Positions 19,333 through 29,193 of a stretch of 64,000 bases of DNA are shown piece after piece. Each line of letters starts with the position of its first letter. The first letter of the stretch is position 1. The notes below the pieces were generated by a model that was not told the origin of the DNA, made no database searches, and was given only the letters and a program-made list of their open reading frames with translations. Source of the stretch: Candidatus Zhuqueibacterota bacterium (lineage in GTDB: Bacteria; Zhuqueibacterota; Zhuqueibacteria; Thermofontimicrobiales; Thermofontimicrobiaceae); the NCBI GenBank assembly GCA_049322915.1, contig JBMOPW010000034.1:680567-744566 (forward strand), given 5' to 3'. Both the position numbers and the translations under genes were made by a program.

Positions 19333-19480
19333 GATCTATTCTTTTTTGAAATGAATGTGTGTGAATACCCATCGGATGAATGAGCGAAATCCGCTGTCCG
19401 CAACCTGAAGCATTCAGCGCGGAGAGCGCTTCCATGTTCCATTCGATTCGATGCCATAGAGAGAAAAAGATAATACAGCA

Positions 19481-19501
19481 ATAGTTGATAGTATCAAATA
19501 T
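19481..19501. promoter_or_regulatory. Putative MarR autoregulatory operator
   Basis: ATAGTTGATAGTATCAAATAT (TTGATA-G-TATCAA). Confidence 0.65.
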
Positions 19502-19814
19502 TGTTGCAAAAATATAATGAAATGATACAGGAAAAGCAAGAACTTTTTTATCAAATTCAGTCATCGACGGAGCAAAAAGACGGCCGGTTTTGATCGGAAA
19601 ATCCATTGAATTTTTCAAAAGAATCGGTTATATTCTGTCATCCTGCAATCGGACGCCGGGGACTCCTGCCGGTGAGCATTTCACGGAACCATTCCCGACA
19701 ACGGCGGAGTTGCGCATTCGCTGCTTGTTGATGTTTCAATTTACCAGCTCTTTGCGCGGAGAACAATCACGTGCATCGCATGGCTGAGCTCTTTCCCATG
19801 CGCGGTCATGTTCG

Positions 19815-20537
19815 ATGCTAAAATTTCAGGACAATGCAATGAAGAAACATGCCATAAAATTAAAGACATTCGCTGCGATGAAATTGCCCGTAATACTGGT
19901 CATTTTCACGGTGCATTGCGCCACTGGAACCTATCCGATACACATCGGAGAATCGTTCATCAAAGATGGTCACGTGGGATCCTTCCACGGTGAAACGCAA
20001 ATTCAATCGCTGCCTCCGCAGACTGAATTTGCGACCACCGGCGTCTATTCCGAGCGCCAATTATTCATGGACGCCTACCCGGTGGTAAGAACTTATCACC
20101 CGAATACAGGTTTAACCTATACGCCATTGGCCAAAAAACTCGACTGCGCCGAGGGCAGTCTCATGCATGTCAACGGGAAAATCATTGCCATCCCGATTCA
20201 GTATCCCCGCATCAAAAAGACCGTTTCGTACCATGTGCTCGAAGCAGCGTCGTTCCGCATTACCGCCGATACGCGGGACATGGCGCAGCGTGTGACACGC
20301 GAATACCTGTCGATCCGGGAAAATCTGGAGCGGCAAATCCGCAGCAACGATTCGAATCTGTCCCTGTCGATTAAACCGAATTGGCTGAACTGGTACGACG
20401 AATCCAATGGCCAATATCTCATGACGTTTTTTCAATATGACCTCATGTACGCCGCAGCGATCGAATTCATTGTCAATGATGAAACAGGAAAAATCGAGTC
20501 GGTCTGGGCGAAACAATGGTTCAAAGGTGAACTGTGA
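19815..20537 (+). CDS. Hypothetical exported protein (possible lipoprotein; start uncertain)
   Basis: 240-aa ORF with hydrophobic segment ending TVHC, directly upstream of the peptidase gene. Confidence 0.6.
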   Translation: MLKFQDNAMKKHAIKLKTFAAMKLPVILVIFTVHCATGTYPIHIGESFIKDGHVGSFHGETQIQSLPPQTEFATTGVYSERQLFMDAYPVVRTYHPNTGLTYTPLAKKLDCAEGSLMHVNGKIIAIPIQYPRIKKTVSYHVLEAASFRITADTRDMAQRVTREYLSIRENLERQIRSNDSNLSLSIKPNWLNWYDESNGQYLMTFFQYDLMYAAAIEFIVNDETGKIESVWAKQWFKGEL

Positions 20538-20588
20538 CATTCGCTATTTTGCATACTACCCACTAACCCAATCAGAGAGGAGCTTCGT

Positions 20589-23318
20589 GTGAAAATTAAA
20601 GCCGCGACAGTTTGGTTTCATCTGTTCTTACTCATCATCGTTCTTAACGCTTCCGCCCGCGATAAAAAGCTGATTCAGGTCGATCTCGCCGGAAAATCTC
20701 ATGACGAGATCCACCGGCTTCTGGCATTGAACCTGGACGTGGTATCGCTGAACAGGGGAAATAACACCGTTGACTTCATCGTTCACGATGACAATTTAGC
20801 GCTCATTCAATCCATGAATTTCCCCACTGTCACCAAAATTCCGAATCTATCCAATTATGAAACCGAGTTGCGGGACACCGGTTATCTGGACGATTTTCAT
20901 ACCTACGAGCAGACGCTCGAGGCCATGCAGACCGTGGCGGACAATTACCCGGACATCGCCCAATTGAACAACATTGGCAGCAGTTGGGAAACGGAACAGG
21001 GCATTGCTGAGCGGTATATCTGGGCGCTCAAAATATCGGACTCTGTGGCGACCGAAGAAGCTGAGCCTGAAGTATTGATTGTGGGTTGCCACCATGCCCG
21101 GGAAATCATCACCCCGGAGATTGTGCTTGCGCTGATGAATGTGCTGGTTGAAAATTACGGCAGCGATCCGTTCATCACCCATCTGATCGATCATCGCCAG
21201 ATCTGGCTGGTGCCCATTGTCAACCCGGATGGCTACACCTATGTTCTGACAGAGGATTTATGGTGGCGGAAAAACCGGCGTAACAACGGCGACGGCAGCT
21301 ATGGCGTGGATCTGAATCGCAACTACAGCTATCAATGGGGTTTGTTCGATAATTGGTACGTCAGTTCCAATACCAGCGATGATGTCTATCGTGGGCCGGC
21401 CCCGTTTTCCGAACCGGAACTGCTGGCTATCAAACAACTGATGGAATCCCATCATTTCCTGGTTGCGCTTTCATTTCATAGCTATGCCCAGGAAGTGCTG
21501 TATCCGTGGGGCTACCAGACAAGTTATACGCCGGATCATTCTGTTTTCTCGGCGCTGGCGGACTCCATAGCTCATTACAACGGCTACGGCAAAGGCACTT
21601 CATGGGAGGCGCTGGGCTCGTCCTATCTGACCAATGGAAGCTCTGAGGACTGGTTCTACGGCGATACCTCATCCAAAAATAAATGCTTTCAATTGACGCT
21701 CGAAGTTGGCACGTCTTTTCACCCGACGCCGGAGGAGGTGCCGGGACAGATCTCCGAAAATATCGGCCCATGTTTGTACGCAGCGTACGCAGTTGGCGAG
21801 GAGCCGCTCATTTACCACTCTCCCCTGCCGGATTGCGAGCACGACGGCCCCTACTCCGTCGTCGCCCGAATTACGCCGCCGGTCATTCTGACCAGTCCGG
21901 TTGATCTGGATGAAACGGAGTTCACGGTGTACTTCAACGGCACAGGGCAGGCGCCATTCGATTCCGTTCACATGACCGCGACCGGAAATCCGGATGAGTA
22001 CAGCGCTGAAATTCCTGGTATCCCCACTTCGGATATCATTTACTACTTCATCAGCGCGTCCGACGAATTGCACCGGACAGGCGCGGCGCCGCGCGGCGCT
22101 CCCATGGCATGCTATTCGTTCAACACAGGGCTGGACACTCAGGCGCCGGTGATTACCCATACGCCGCTCCATCATTTCTCCGTTTACACCGAAGAGTTTG
22201 CTGTGAATGCGCAGGCGGATGACAATATCGGCATTGCCAGCGTCTGGCTTGTTTACAGGAAGAATGACGACGCGCCTGATAGCCTCGCCATGAACCCCAC
22301 CGGTCTTGCGAACGAATACCAGGCCCGGATTAAAAATGACAATCCCCTGGTTGGCGATTACTACGATTACCGGATTATCGCAACTGACATTTCTGCGAAT
22401 CGGAACCAGACCTATCTGCCAGCAGTCGGCTACCATCGATTTTACCTGTTGAACAGCCTTCAGTACGATTTTGAACTGGAAGCATCATTCACAATGAACT
22501 CCGGCGACTGGCAATGGGGCATTCCCACATCCGGCCCGAATCAGGCCCATTCCGGCTCGAACGTATGGGCGACTAATTTGTCCGGGAATTATAACGACGC
22601 GACAGAATCCATTCTCGATACGCCGGAATTCGACCTGACCGGCCTGGACTCCACGCGCATCACCTTCTGGCACTGGTACGAGAACGAATACAGCAGCAAG
22701 GTGTACTGGGATGGTGGGAATATCAAAATCTCCGTGAATGGCAGTGGTTTTCAGATCATCGAGCCGGAAGACGGCTACGACGGGATTGTGGACACGTACA
22801 ACACAATAATAGGTGGTGAACCCTGTTTCGGCGGCCCGGTGACAACCGGTAATTTCTGGCATCAGGAGACCATTGATCTCTCGCTGTACAAAGATCAACG
22901 CGTCAAACTCCGCTTCCATTTTGGGTCCGATCAGTACACAACAACCAACGGCTGGTACATTGACGATGTGGAAATTCTGTTCAAGTCTTCCACTGGTATT
23001 GAACAGGGACGGCCGAATACCGTGCAGTACGCCTTTGAGTTGGCTCAGAACTATCCCAACCCCTTCAATCCGGCTACGGAAATCAATTACAGCCTGGACC
23101 AACCGGGATTCGTTCGCCTGCGGATTTACAACGTTCTGGGACAGCATGTAGCAACCCTCGTCAGCGAGCCCAAAGCGACGGGGCGCCACCGCATTTTGTG
23201 GCATGGAACCGATGATAACAACGCCATCGTTTCCAGCGGAATTTACTTCTGCGAGTTACGAATTGAAGATAGGAGCGGTGACAGGGTTGCCATTAAAAAA
23301 ATAGTAAAAATGGAATGA
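20589..23318 (+). CDS. Secreted M14 zinc carboxypeptidase (carboxypeptidase T-like) with accessory domains and FlgD/T9SS-like C-terminal domain
   Basis: HHARE, NPDG, WRKNR, GVDLNRNY, FSEPE, FHSY; C-terminal LAQNYPNPFNP.T.I.Y...IYNVLG..V...SGIYF. Confidence 0.9.
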   Translation: MKIKAATVWFHLFLLIIVLNASARDKKLIQVDLAGKSHDEIHRLLALNLDVVSLNRGNNTVDFIVHDDNLALIQSMNFPTVTKIPNLSNYETELRDTGYLDDFHTYEQTLEAMQTVADNYPDIAQLNNIGSSWETEQGIAERYIWALKISDSVATEEAEPEVLIVGCHHAREIITPEIVLALMNVLVENYGSDPFITHLIDHRQIWLVPIVNPDGYTYVLTEDLWWRKNRRNNGDGSYGVDLNRNYSYQWGLFDNWYVSSNTSDDVYRGPAPFSEPELLAIKQLMESHHFLVALSFHSYAQEVLYPWGYQTSYTPDHSVFSALADSIAHYNGYGKGTSWEALGSSYLTNGSSEDWFYGDTSSKNKCFQLTLEVGTSFHPTPEEVPGQISENIGPCLYAAYAVGEEPLIYHSPLPDCEHDGPYSVVARITPPVILTSPVDLDETEFTVYFNGTGQAPFDSVHMTATGNPDEYSAEIPGIPTSDIIYYFISASDELHRTGAAPRGAPMACYSFNTGLDTQAPVITHTPLHHFSVYTEEFAVNAQADDNIGIASVWLVYRKNDDAPDSLAMNPTGLANEYQARIKNDNPLVGDYYDYRIIATDISANRNQTYLPAVGYHRFYLLNSLQYDFELEASFTMNSGDWQWGIPTSGPNQAHSGSNVWATNLSGNYNDATESILDTPEFDLTGLDSTRITFWHWYENEYSSKVYWDGGNIKISVNGSGFQIIEPEDGYDGIVDTYNTIIGGEPCFGGPVTTGNFWHQETIDLSLYKDQRVKLRFHFGSDQYTTTNGWYIDDVEILFKSSTGIEQGRPNTVQYAFELAQNYPNPFNPATEINYSLDQPGFVRLRIYNVLGQHVATLVSEPKATGRHRILWHGTDDNNAIVSSGIYFCELRIEDRSGDRVAIKKIVKME

Positions 23319-23801
23319 TGCTGAATTCACAGATTCCAGAGCCAGCGCGCGAATGGAAAATACAGACCGTCTGTGACTCTCGCGCGCTTTGTCTTCCATC
23401 CCGAGGCCGTGATGGATAAAGACTTCCGGCCAGATCCCGGCAACAGGGCTGCAATAACATTTTTGAAAGACTCCGGCGATCTGAGGTAATTGCTATCTCA
23501 ATTGGTTGCTCCCACTGGTCGCAGAGAACCTCAGATGCTGATGATGAAAGCGGCACGATTTCTGCTGTACGTCAATGGATTCATACCAGTTCATGCCACG
23601 CATTCGCAGCGCATCAAAGGCCGACGTTGCAGCAGGTTGAAAATGAGACTGGTCTTTTTTTTAACTAACTTCATTTGATAATTTATAGTTAAATTGCATT
23701 AAACAGAAAAGATATTTGATTTTAATAGTGTTGAGCAACTTAATTCCTTTTAGAGTGAAAATTAATTTTTTGCAACGAATGTACATTTTTTGTTGATCGG
23801 C

Positions 23802-23830
23802 TTGACATTCATAATTTATTTTTGTAAATT
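23802..23830 (+). promoter_or_regulatory. Sigma70-type promoter
   Basis: TTGACA-N17-TAAATT. Confidence 0.6.
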
Positions 23831-23950
23831 TTCGAAAACATTAAAGGTAGACACCGAATTCAAAATGCATTTTCAGGGTGTCTTCGCTGAACTGAAGTCG
23901 ATTACTTCCCTGACTTAACGGATATTTGGGATTAAAGAGAAGTGTAATTT

Positions 23951-26002
23951 ATGAATATTGGACGCACGAACACACAGCACAGGATGGGGGCAACTATTAT
24001 TCTGCTGATATTGTTGGCGACGTTGATGTTCAGTTGCCAAAACCGGGAATTGGCGCGGCTGCCGAACGACCGGCTGAAATTCAACATAGATGAGTTAGCG
24101 GATTCCTTCGAGGTGGCCGGTCCGGTCTATTCGCTGTCCATTGATAAAGCGACAGCGCTGGTGCGTCTTTCCGATTACAATTCGCGCGAATACACATCGT
24201 TTCCGTTGGATGTCTCGTTCGATCTGACCGGGCCCAATGAAACCCGGAGCGCTAAAAAACAGTGGCAGCTTAAAAGCCGTACCATCACGCTGCAGTACCT
24301 GCGCGACTCCGCTGTTATTCAGGAGATCAGCGTATTGTGCGAGCGCGATAATTTGAAAATCCAGATCAGCCGAAAACTCCCATCACAACTTCACACCGGG
24401 GTGTATTTGCTGCGCAACGACGAGCGGGGCATCGACGATGTGCAATGGACTCAATATTTTTCACCAGAACCGGATGATTATCTCAAGCCAAATCCCACGG
24501 TCGATGCCCGCGTGGATCAGGACCAGCAATGGATATTTGTCCCGGCGCCGCTGAATCTCTCCTTCAAATCCGATGCCGGCTGGTTCAGCATTGGTCTGGC
24601 AGAACTTCCCGACGCCCTGGTGTATGCTTTCAGGAACAATGCGTTGTGGCTGGATTATCCCTGGAAAAGCATGATCGCCTCATCAGCAGAGTTATTCAAA
24701 TTCCCCGGCCTCATTTTCACGTTCAACGAAACACCCTGGCAGGCAGTAGGCCAGTATATCGATGAAGTGAATGCCAAATATCCCCCGAAAAAAGCAACAG
24801 AGTCGAACATTGATACAAAGTGGTGGCATCGTCCGCTGGTGTCAACGTGGGGAGAGCAGTTGTTGTACAGCTTCACTTTTGACAACGAAAATTTCAATGA
24901 AGGCTGGGTGAAAGATTACATTTCCCAACAGCAGCAATTATTGGATAGCATTCGATTCACGATTATCATCGAAGATAAATGGTCCCGCGCCTACGGCGAT
25001 CCCTATCCAGCCAGCCGTTTCAAGAATCTGCGGAGCCTCATCGATTGGTGCCATGATCATGGCCATAAAGTGATATTATTCTGGCGGTCCTGGAAGGTCG
25101 AGGCAAAATCACTGGCAATTGATTTGAGTATTTCCGACGGAGAATACGTGGATGCCACCCATCCGGCATTCGAAAGTTATGTGGACTCATGCTGCCAGGT
25201 GATGCTCGGCAACGGACAGAACGAGTTGAACGCGGACGGCCTGAAAATGGATCATCTGTTTTTAGTGCGCGATACCGAAACCGCTCACTATGCCAATCCC
25301 AATGCTGGAATGGGCTTGAAAGAGCTTCATCATTATCTGGCGACGTTCTACCAGCGCGCGAAACAATATAAACCGGATGCGCTCATCATTGGCTCTGCCA
25401 TTGATCCGCATTTTGCCGATGTGCAGGATATGGTTCGCATTGGCGATGACTGGGACAACAAAGTCCGGCGGGAAAAACGGGCGAGGATTATCACCGAGGC
25501 GCTGCCGGGGAAATTGCTCTGCGCTGACGCAGCAGCGATGTACAATAAAATTTGCCATTACCATTACGTCACCGCTTCGCTGTACGGCATTCCGGTCATC
25601 TGTTATTCGAACAAATTTCAGGACGGCGATATCACCCCGCTCAGCCGGGAAATCATGCTTCAGCTTCTGAAATTCTCACAGAATAAACCGGCGGGAAAAG
25701 TGCAGTTTGTGGATTATGGTCATTGGCAAATCGTGGATGGCAGAAATGAAGTGTTGACGGAATCGACATTGTCCGGCAAAGGAATTATTCATTACGATAA
25801 TGACAGCCGGGCCACGCTCTACTGCGCTGAGAACAGCGATTTGCATCTGGTTCTCGAGCGGCATCTGCTTTTGAAAATTCTGGATGCAGGGAAAAATTCA
25901 ATTGAATTCAGCGACCTGGGCCACGGCATTTACCGCATTCCGCATCTTCAGGAAGGCAGCAGCTACACTGTTCATATCCGGAAAATACCGGAATTGCGCT
26001 GA
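23951..26002 (+). CDS. Lipoprotein with clan GH-D (GH36/GH27/GH31-like) TIM-barrel domain
   Basis: Lipobox LMFSC; IIEDKW, F..L..LIDWCH..G.K..L.W, DATHP, DGLKMD (nucleophile-like), RIGDD (acid/base-like). Confidence 0.7.
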   Translation: MNIGRTNTQHRMGATIILLILLATLMFSCQNRELARLPNDRLKFNIDELADSFEVAGPVYSLSIDKATALVRLSDYNSREYTSFPLDVSFDLTGPNETRSAKKQWQLKSRTITLQYLRDSAVIQEISVLCERDNLKIQISRKLPSQLHTGVYLLRNDERGIDDVQWTQYFSPEPDDYLKPNPTVDARVDQDQQWIFVPAPLNLSFKSDAGWFSIGLAELPDALVYAFRNNALWLDYPWKSMIASSAELFKFPGLIFTFNETPWQAVGQYIDEVNAKYPPKKATESNIDTKWWHRPLVSTWGEQLLYSFTFDNENFNEGWVKDYISQQQQLLDSIRFTIIIEDKWSRAYGDPYPASRFKNLRSLIDWCHDHGHKVILFWRSWKVEAKSLAIDLSISDGEYVDATHPAFESYVDSCCQVMLGNGQNELNADGLKMDHLFLVRDTETAHYANPNAGMGLKELHHYLATFYQRAKQYKPDALIIGSAIDPHFADVQDMVRIGDDWDNKVRREKRARIITEALPGKLLCADAAAMYNKICHYHYVTASLYGIPVICYSNKFQDGDITPLSREIMLQLLKFSQNKPAGKVQFVDYGHWQIVDGRNEVLTESTLSGKGIIHYDNDSRATLYCAENSDLHLVLERHLLLKILDAGKNSIEFSDLGHGIYRIPHLQEGSSYTVHIRKIPELR

Positions 26003-26051
26003 AAAATCGCGGACAGACAGTTGCAGAAAAAAAGCATCGAGTCACACAAAC

Positions 26052-26084
26052 AAAGCCACGAGGCATTCGTCTTCGTGGCTTTTT
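26052..26084. terminator. Intrinsic terminator between convergent genes
   Basis: AAAGCCACGA / TCGTGGCTTTTT. Confidence 0.75.
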
Positions 26085-26090
26085 CATTTC

Positions 26091-27677
26091 TCATCGGACG
26101 GCTGACGGAATCAGCCGCACCAATCGCTGTTTCAGATTGCGCGGTCCCCACACGAATATGAATGCCACGTAAAGCAGAAGTGTCGCCGCGCCCACAATCG
26201 AGAGGCTCACCGTATGTTGCATGAATGCCGAATGAAATTTCGGCTCCAGGTACGGTTGAATCAGGCGATGAAAGAGAAGATAAATGACGACACCCACAAT
26301 CAGGCTATTGACGCCCAATTTCAGCAAATCGAAAAGTATCTCCCGCGTGTTCAATTGCGGCCCGACCTCCTTTTTCAAAAAATGATACAGCAGCAGGCAA
26401 CTGAAACTGAATGTGATGGATGACGCCAGTGCAATTCCGCCATGCTTCAGCGCTGTTCTGACCAGCAGAAAATCCAGAAGGATATTGATGGACACCGAAA
26501 AAATAGCGATGTAGAGAGGGATTTTATTTTTCTGGTAAATGGAAAACAATCGCGAAAAGAAGGTGTTGACGCTCAAACCCAATAATCCAATGGAATAGCA
26601 CCAAAACGCGATGGCCGTGAGGTTGGTGCTGGCTGCGTCAAAAGAGCCGCGCTGATACACAATCGCGATGATTGGCTGAGCCATGACGACCATGTACGTG
26701 ATGGTCGGTAAGATCATGGCAAAATTCAATTGAATGCCGAGGTGAATGCCCTGAATGAATTCTTCGTCCCTGACTTGCGCTTTTTTCTCGGTCAAATACG
26801 GAATGAGCGAGCGGCTGATGGCCAGACCGATAATCGCCACAGGCAGTTGGATGAGCCGTTGGGCGAACCAAAGGGAAGCGATGCTGCCGGCGATGAGATA
26901 CGAGGCCAGAATCCGATCAACAATTTCGATCGATTTATCCAGGAACGATTTGAGGAAAATGAAACCACTCTCCCGGCCTACCACCCGAAACTCGGATTGC
27001 TTTAAGTCGATGCCGGGAAAAAAGCGCGCCTGTGTTTCCTTTCGAATGGACGGATGCCACAGGTATGGGATTTGAATGATCAATTCCAGCAGTCCGCCCA
27101 GGAGAAATCCGGCAGGCAAGGCGTATATCCCCAGGCTCGATTTGAATAAAATAATCCCCAGCATCACGCCGACGCTCATCATGGCTGGCGCCAGACTGTA
27201 AATTTTATTCATTTCAAAAAAGTTGAGCACGCTGCCCACAAACGCCGCCAGTCCGATGATGAACATGAACGGCAGAATCCAGTAGGTCATGGCGATGGCC
27301 TTGGGAAAAAAATCATCTTCCAGACCCGGAGCAATGGCTTTCACGATGAGCGGGGCAAAAAGATAGAGCAGGGCTAACAGCACCAGCAGGACAATGATCA
27401 TCCCGTTCAAACAGGAAGAAAGCAGACGCCAGCCGGCAGCGTGCTTTCCCTGACTGAGCAATTTTTTGAAGGGCGGCATGAATGCCCGCTCGACCACATC
27501 CTCGCCCAGGAAATGCCGGAAGAATGTGGGAATGGTGAAGGCGATGACGAACAAATCCATGGCCCGGTGCGTGCCGTAGTATGCCGCAGTGATCAACTCC
27601 CGAACAAAACCTAGTACCCGGGAGATAAACGTACCGGTCACAAGGTCCACTAAATTTTTCATTATTCGATTGGACAT
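26091..27677 (-). CDS. murJ: Lipid II flippase MurJ (MviN)
   Basis: SRVLGFVRE..A.YYG, D.F.IAF.IP.FFR, RLIQLP, YQRGSF; many TM segments. Start at ATG 27677. Confidence 0.9.
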   Translation of the reverse strand: MSNRIMKNLVDLVTGTFISRVLGFVRELITAAYYGTHRAMDLFVIAFTIPTFFRHFLGEDVVERAFMPPFKKLLSQGKHAAGWRLLSSCLNGMIIVLLVLLALLYLFAPLIVKAIAPGLEDDFFPKAIAMTYWILPFMFIIGLAAFVGSVLNFFEMNKIYSLAPAMMSVGVMLGIILFKSSLGIYALPAGFLLGGLLELIIQIPYLWHPSIRKETQARFFPGIDLKQSEFRVVGRESGFIFLKSFLDKSIEIVDRILASYLIAGSIASLWFAQRLIQLPVAIIGLAISRSLIPYLTEKKAQVRDEEFIQGIHLGIQLNFAMILPTITYMVVMAQPIIAIVYQRGSFDAASTNLTAIAFWCYSIGLLGLSVNTFFSRLFSIYQKNKIPLYIAIFSVSINILLDFLLVRTALKHGGIALASSITFSFSCLLLYHFLKKEVGPQLNTREILFDLLKLGVNSLIVGVVIYLLFHRLIQPYLEPKFHSAFMQHTVSLSIVGAATLLLYVAFIFVWGPRNLKQRLVRLIPSAVR

Positions 27678-27924
27678 GAATACCCACTGCAATTGAATTT
27701 GCGATTCAGGATGAACTGAGGCCGATGAATGACTCCGTTCGATGCACCTGAAATTCGCGTCGTTCACAGTGCATCGCTGATCTGATCGGCGCGCCAATAT
27801 ACAGTTTTTTTTATTCAGTTCAAAGAAAATTTTCAGTCATACCTTGCTCTCCAGCCTGCGCTACCCGGGATAGCATTGGTACCCGGCCGGCGGACAACGA
27901 TTTGCCGCTTGCGCCAAATAATTC

Positions 27925-27953
27925 TTGACAAACATGTATTATATTCCTATATT
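27925..27953 (+). promoter_or_regulatory. Sigma70-type promoter for patatin gene
   Basis: TTGACA-N17-TATATT. Confidence 0.65.
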
Positions 27954-28050
27954 TTGAAAATTTTTTAAAAAATGAAATAATCATCCTAGTTCGGATGCTG
28001 GTTCGAAATTCCTGTTTCAGATTAAAAACACAGCGTCATGAGGGGGGTCT

Positions 28051-28950
28051 TTGTTCCATCAACCCAAAATTGGATTGGCACTCGGCGGCGGAGGCGCCCG
28101 CGGGTTTGCTCATCTCGGCGTGTTGCAGATACTCGAACGTGAAAAAGTGCCATTTCATCTGATTACCGGTTCGAGCGCCGGCGCGCTCGTGGGCAGCCTG
28201 TATGCTTTTCACCCGGATGCTGCGCTGGTGGAGAAAAAAATCCGTCACTATATCGCCAGCCCGGAATTCAAAAAGCTCGGCGTCAGCCATTTGATGAACA
28301 AGAAGGAGTCCGACAACACCGTGTTCTCGCAGGTTGTCACCTATCTCAAGGAAAGGATCATCATCAACCTTGCGCACAGTCGGACTTCTTTGCTGAACAA
28401 CAAGCGGCTGTTCTCATCCTACGCGACCTTGCTGGATTGCCAGGACATCAAAAGGTCCGTGATTGAACTCGGCGTGGTGGCCGCGGATTTAATCAGCGGC
28501 CGCGATATTCTCTTCACCTCCGGCGATCTCATCCGCGCGGTCACTGCGAGCAGTTCGCTGCCGGGATTTCTGCCGCCGATGAAGTACATGAATTATTTAT
28601 TGCTGGATGGCTGTGTCACGCAGCCGGTTCCGGTGAGCGCAGCCCATTCCATGGGAGCGCAGGTGGTCATTGCCGTGGATGTCTCCCAGGATGTGCCGCC
28701 GCAGAACGAATTCGACAACATCCTTGAAATAATGGCCAGAACCAACCTGATGACCAGTCAGACGCTCAACATGCTGCAATTGGAAAAAGCGGACGTTGTC
28801 ATCAAGCCGGCCGTGGGAATGCATCACTGGTCTGAATTCGATAAGCTGGATTACTTCATCCAGCAGGGACAGAAAGCCGCACTGGCTGCTATTTCGAACA
28901 TCAAAAAAGTGACGAGGCGTCGCTTTATAAAAATTTCTCAGAGATGGTAA
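28051..28950 (+). CDS. Patatin-like phospholipase (RssA/NTE family)
   Basis: LALGGGGARGFAHLGV, GSSAG, ASSSLPG, LDGC. Confidence 0.92.
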   Translation: MFHQPKIGLALGGGGARGFAHLGVLQILEREKVPFHLITGSSAGALVGSLYAFHPDAALVEKKIRHYIASPEFKKLGVSHLMNKKESDNTVFSQVVTYLKERIIINLAHSRTSLLNNKRLFSSYATLLDCQDIKRSVIELGVVAADLISGRDILFTSGDLIRAVTASSSLPGFLPPMKYMNYLLLDGCVTQPVPVSAAHSMGAQVVIAVDVSQDVPPQNEFDNILEIMARTNLMTSQTLNMLQLEKADVVIKPAVGMHHWSEFDKLDYFIQQGQKAALAAISNIKKVTRRRFIKISQRW

Positions 28951-28971
28951 AATTCAATGCATTCTTAATAC

Positions 28972-29163
28972 ATACCCAATGATGCACTGACCTTTCGGGT
29001 CATCCCGGTCGGGACCGATATTTCATGGAAACCGAGCATGGCGCTTCTCTTGCGGAAGCACCATGCAAGTGAAAAAAAATCCCGACTCTCCTGTTCTTTG
29101 TCTCTGTAGCAACGACTGCAACACATGGGTGGGGACAATGGGCCAGTCGCATCATTTGGGCAT
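28972..29163 (+). ncRNA. Structured ~190-nt RNA candidate, 6S RNA (SsrS)-like
   Basis: Ends pair (CCCAATGATGCACTGACC / GGCCAGTCGCATCATTTGGG); inner stems GTCGGGA/TCCCGAC and GCATGGCGCTTC/GAAGCACCATGC; CCGATATTTCAT about 45 nt from the 5' end. Confidence 0.45.
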
Positions 29164-29193
29164 CCAATCATTCCATAGTTAAGGGAGAATTAC

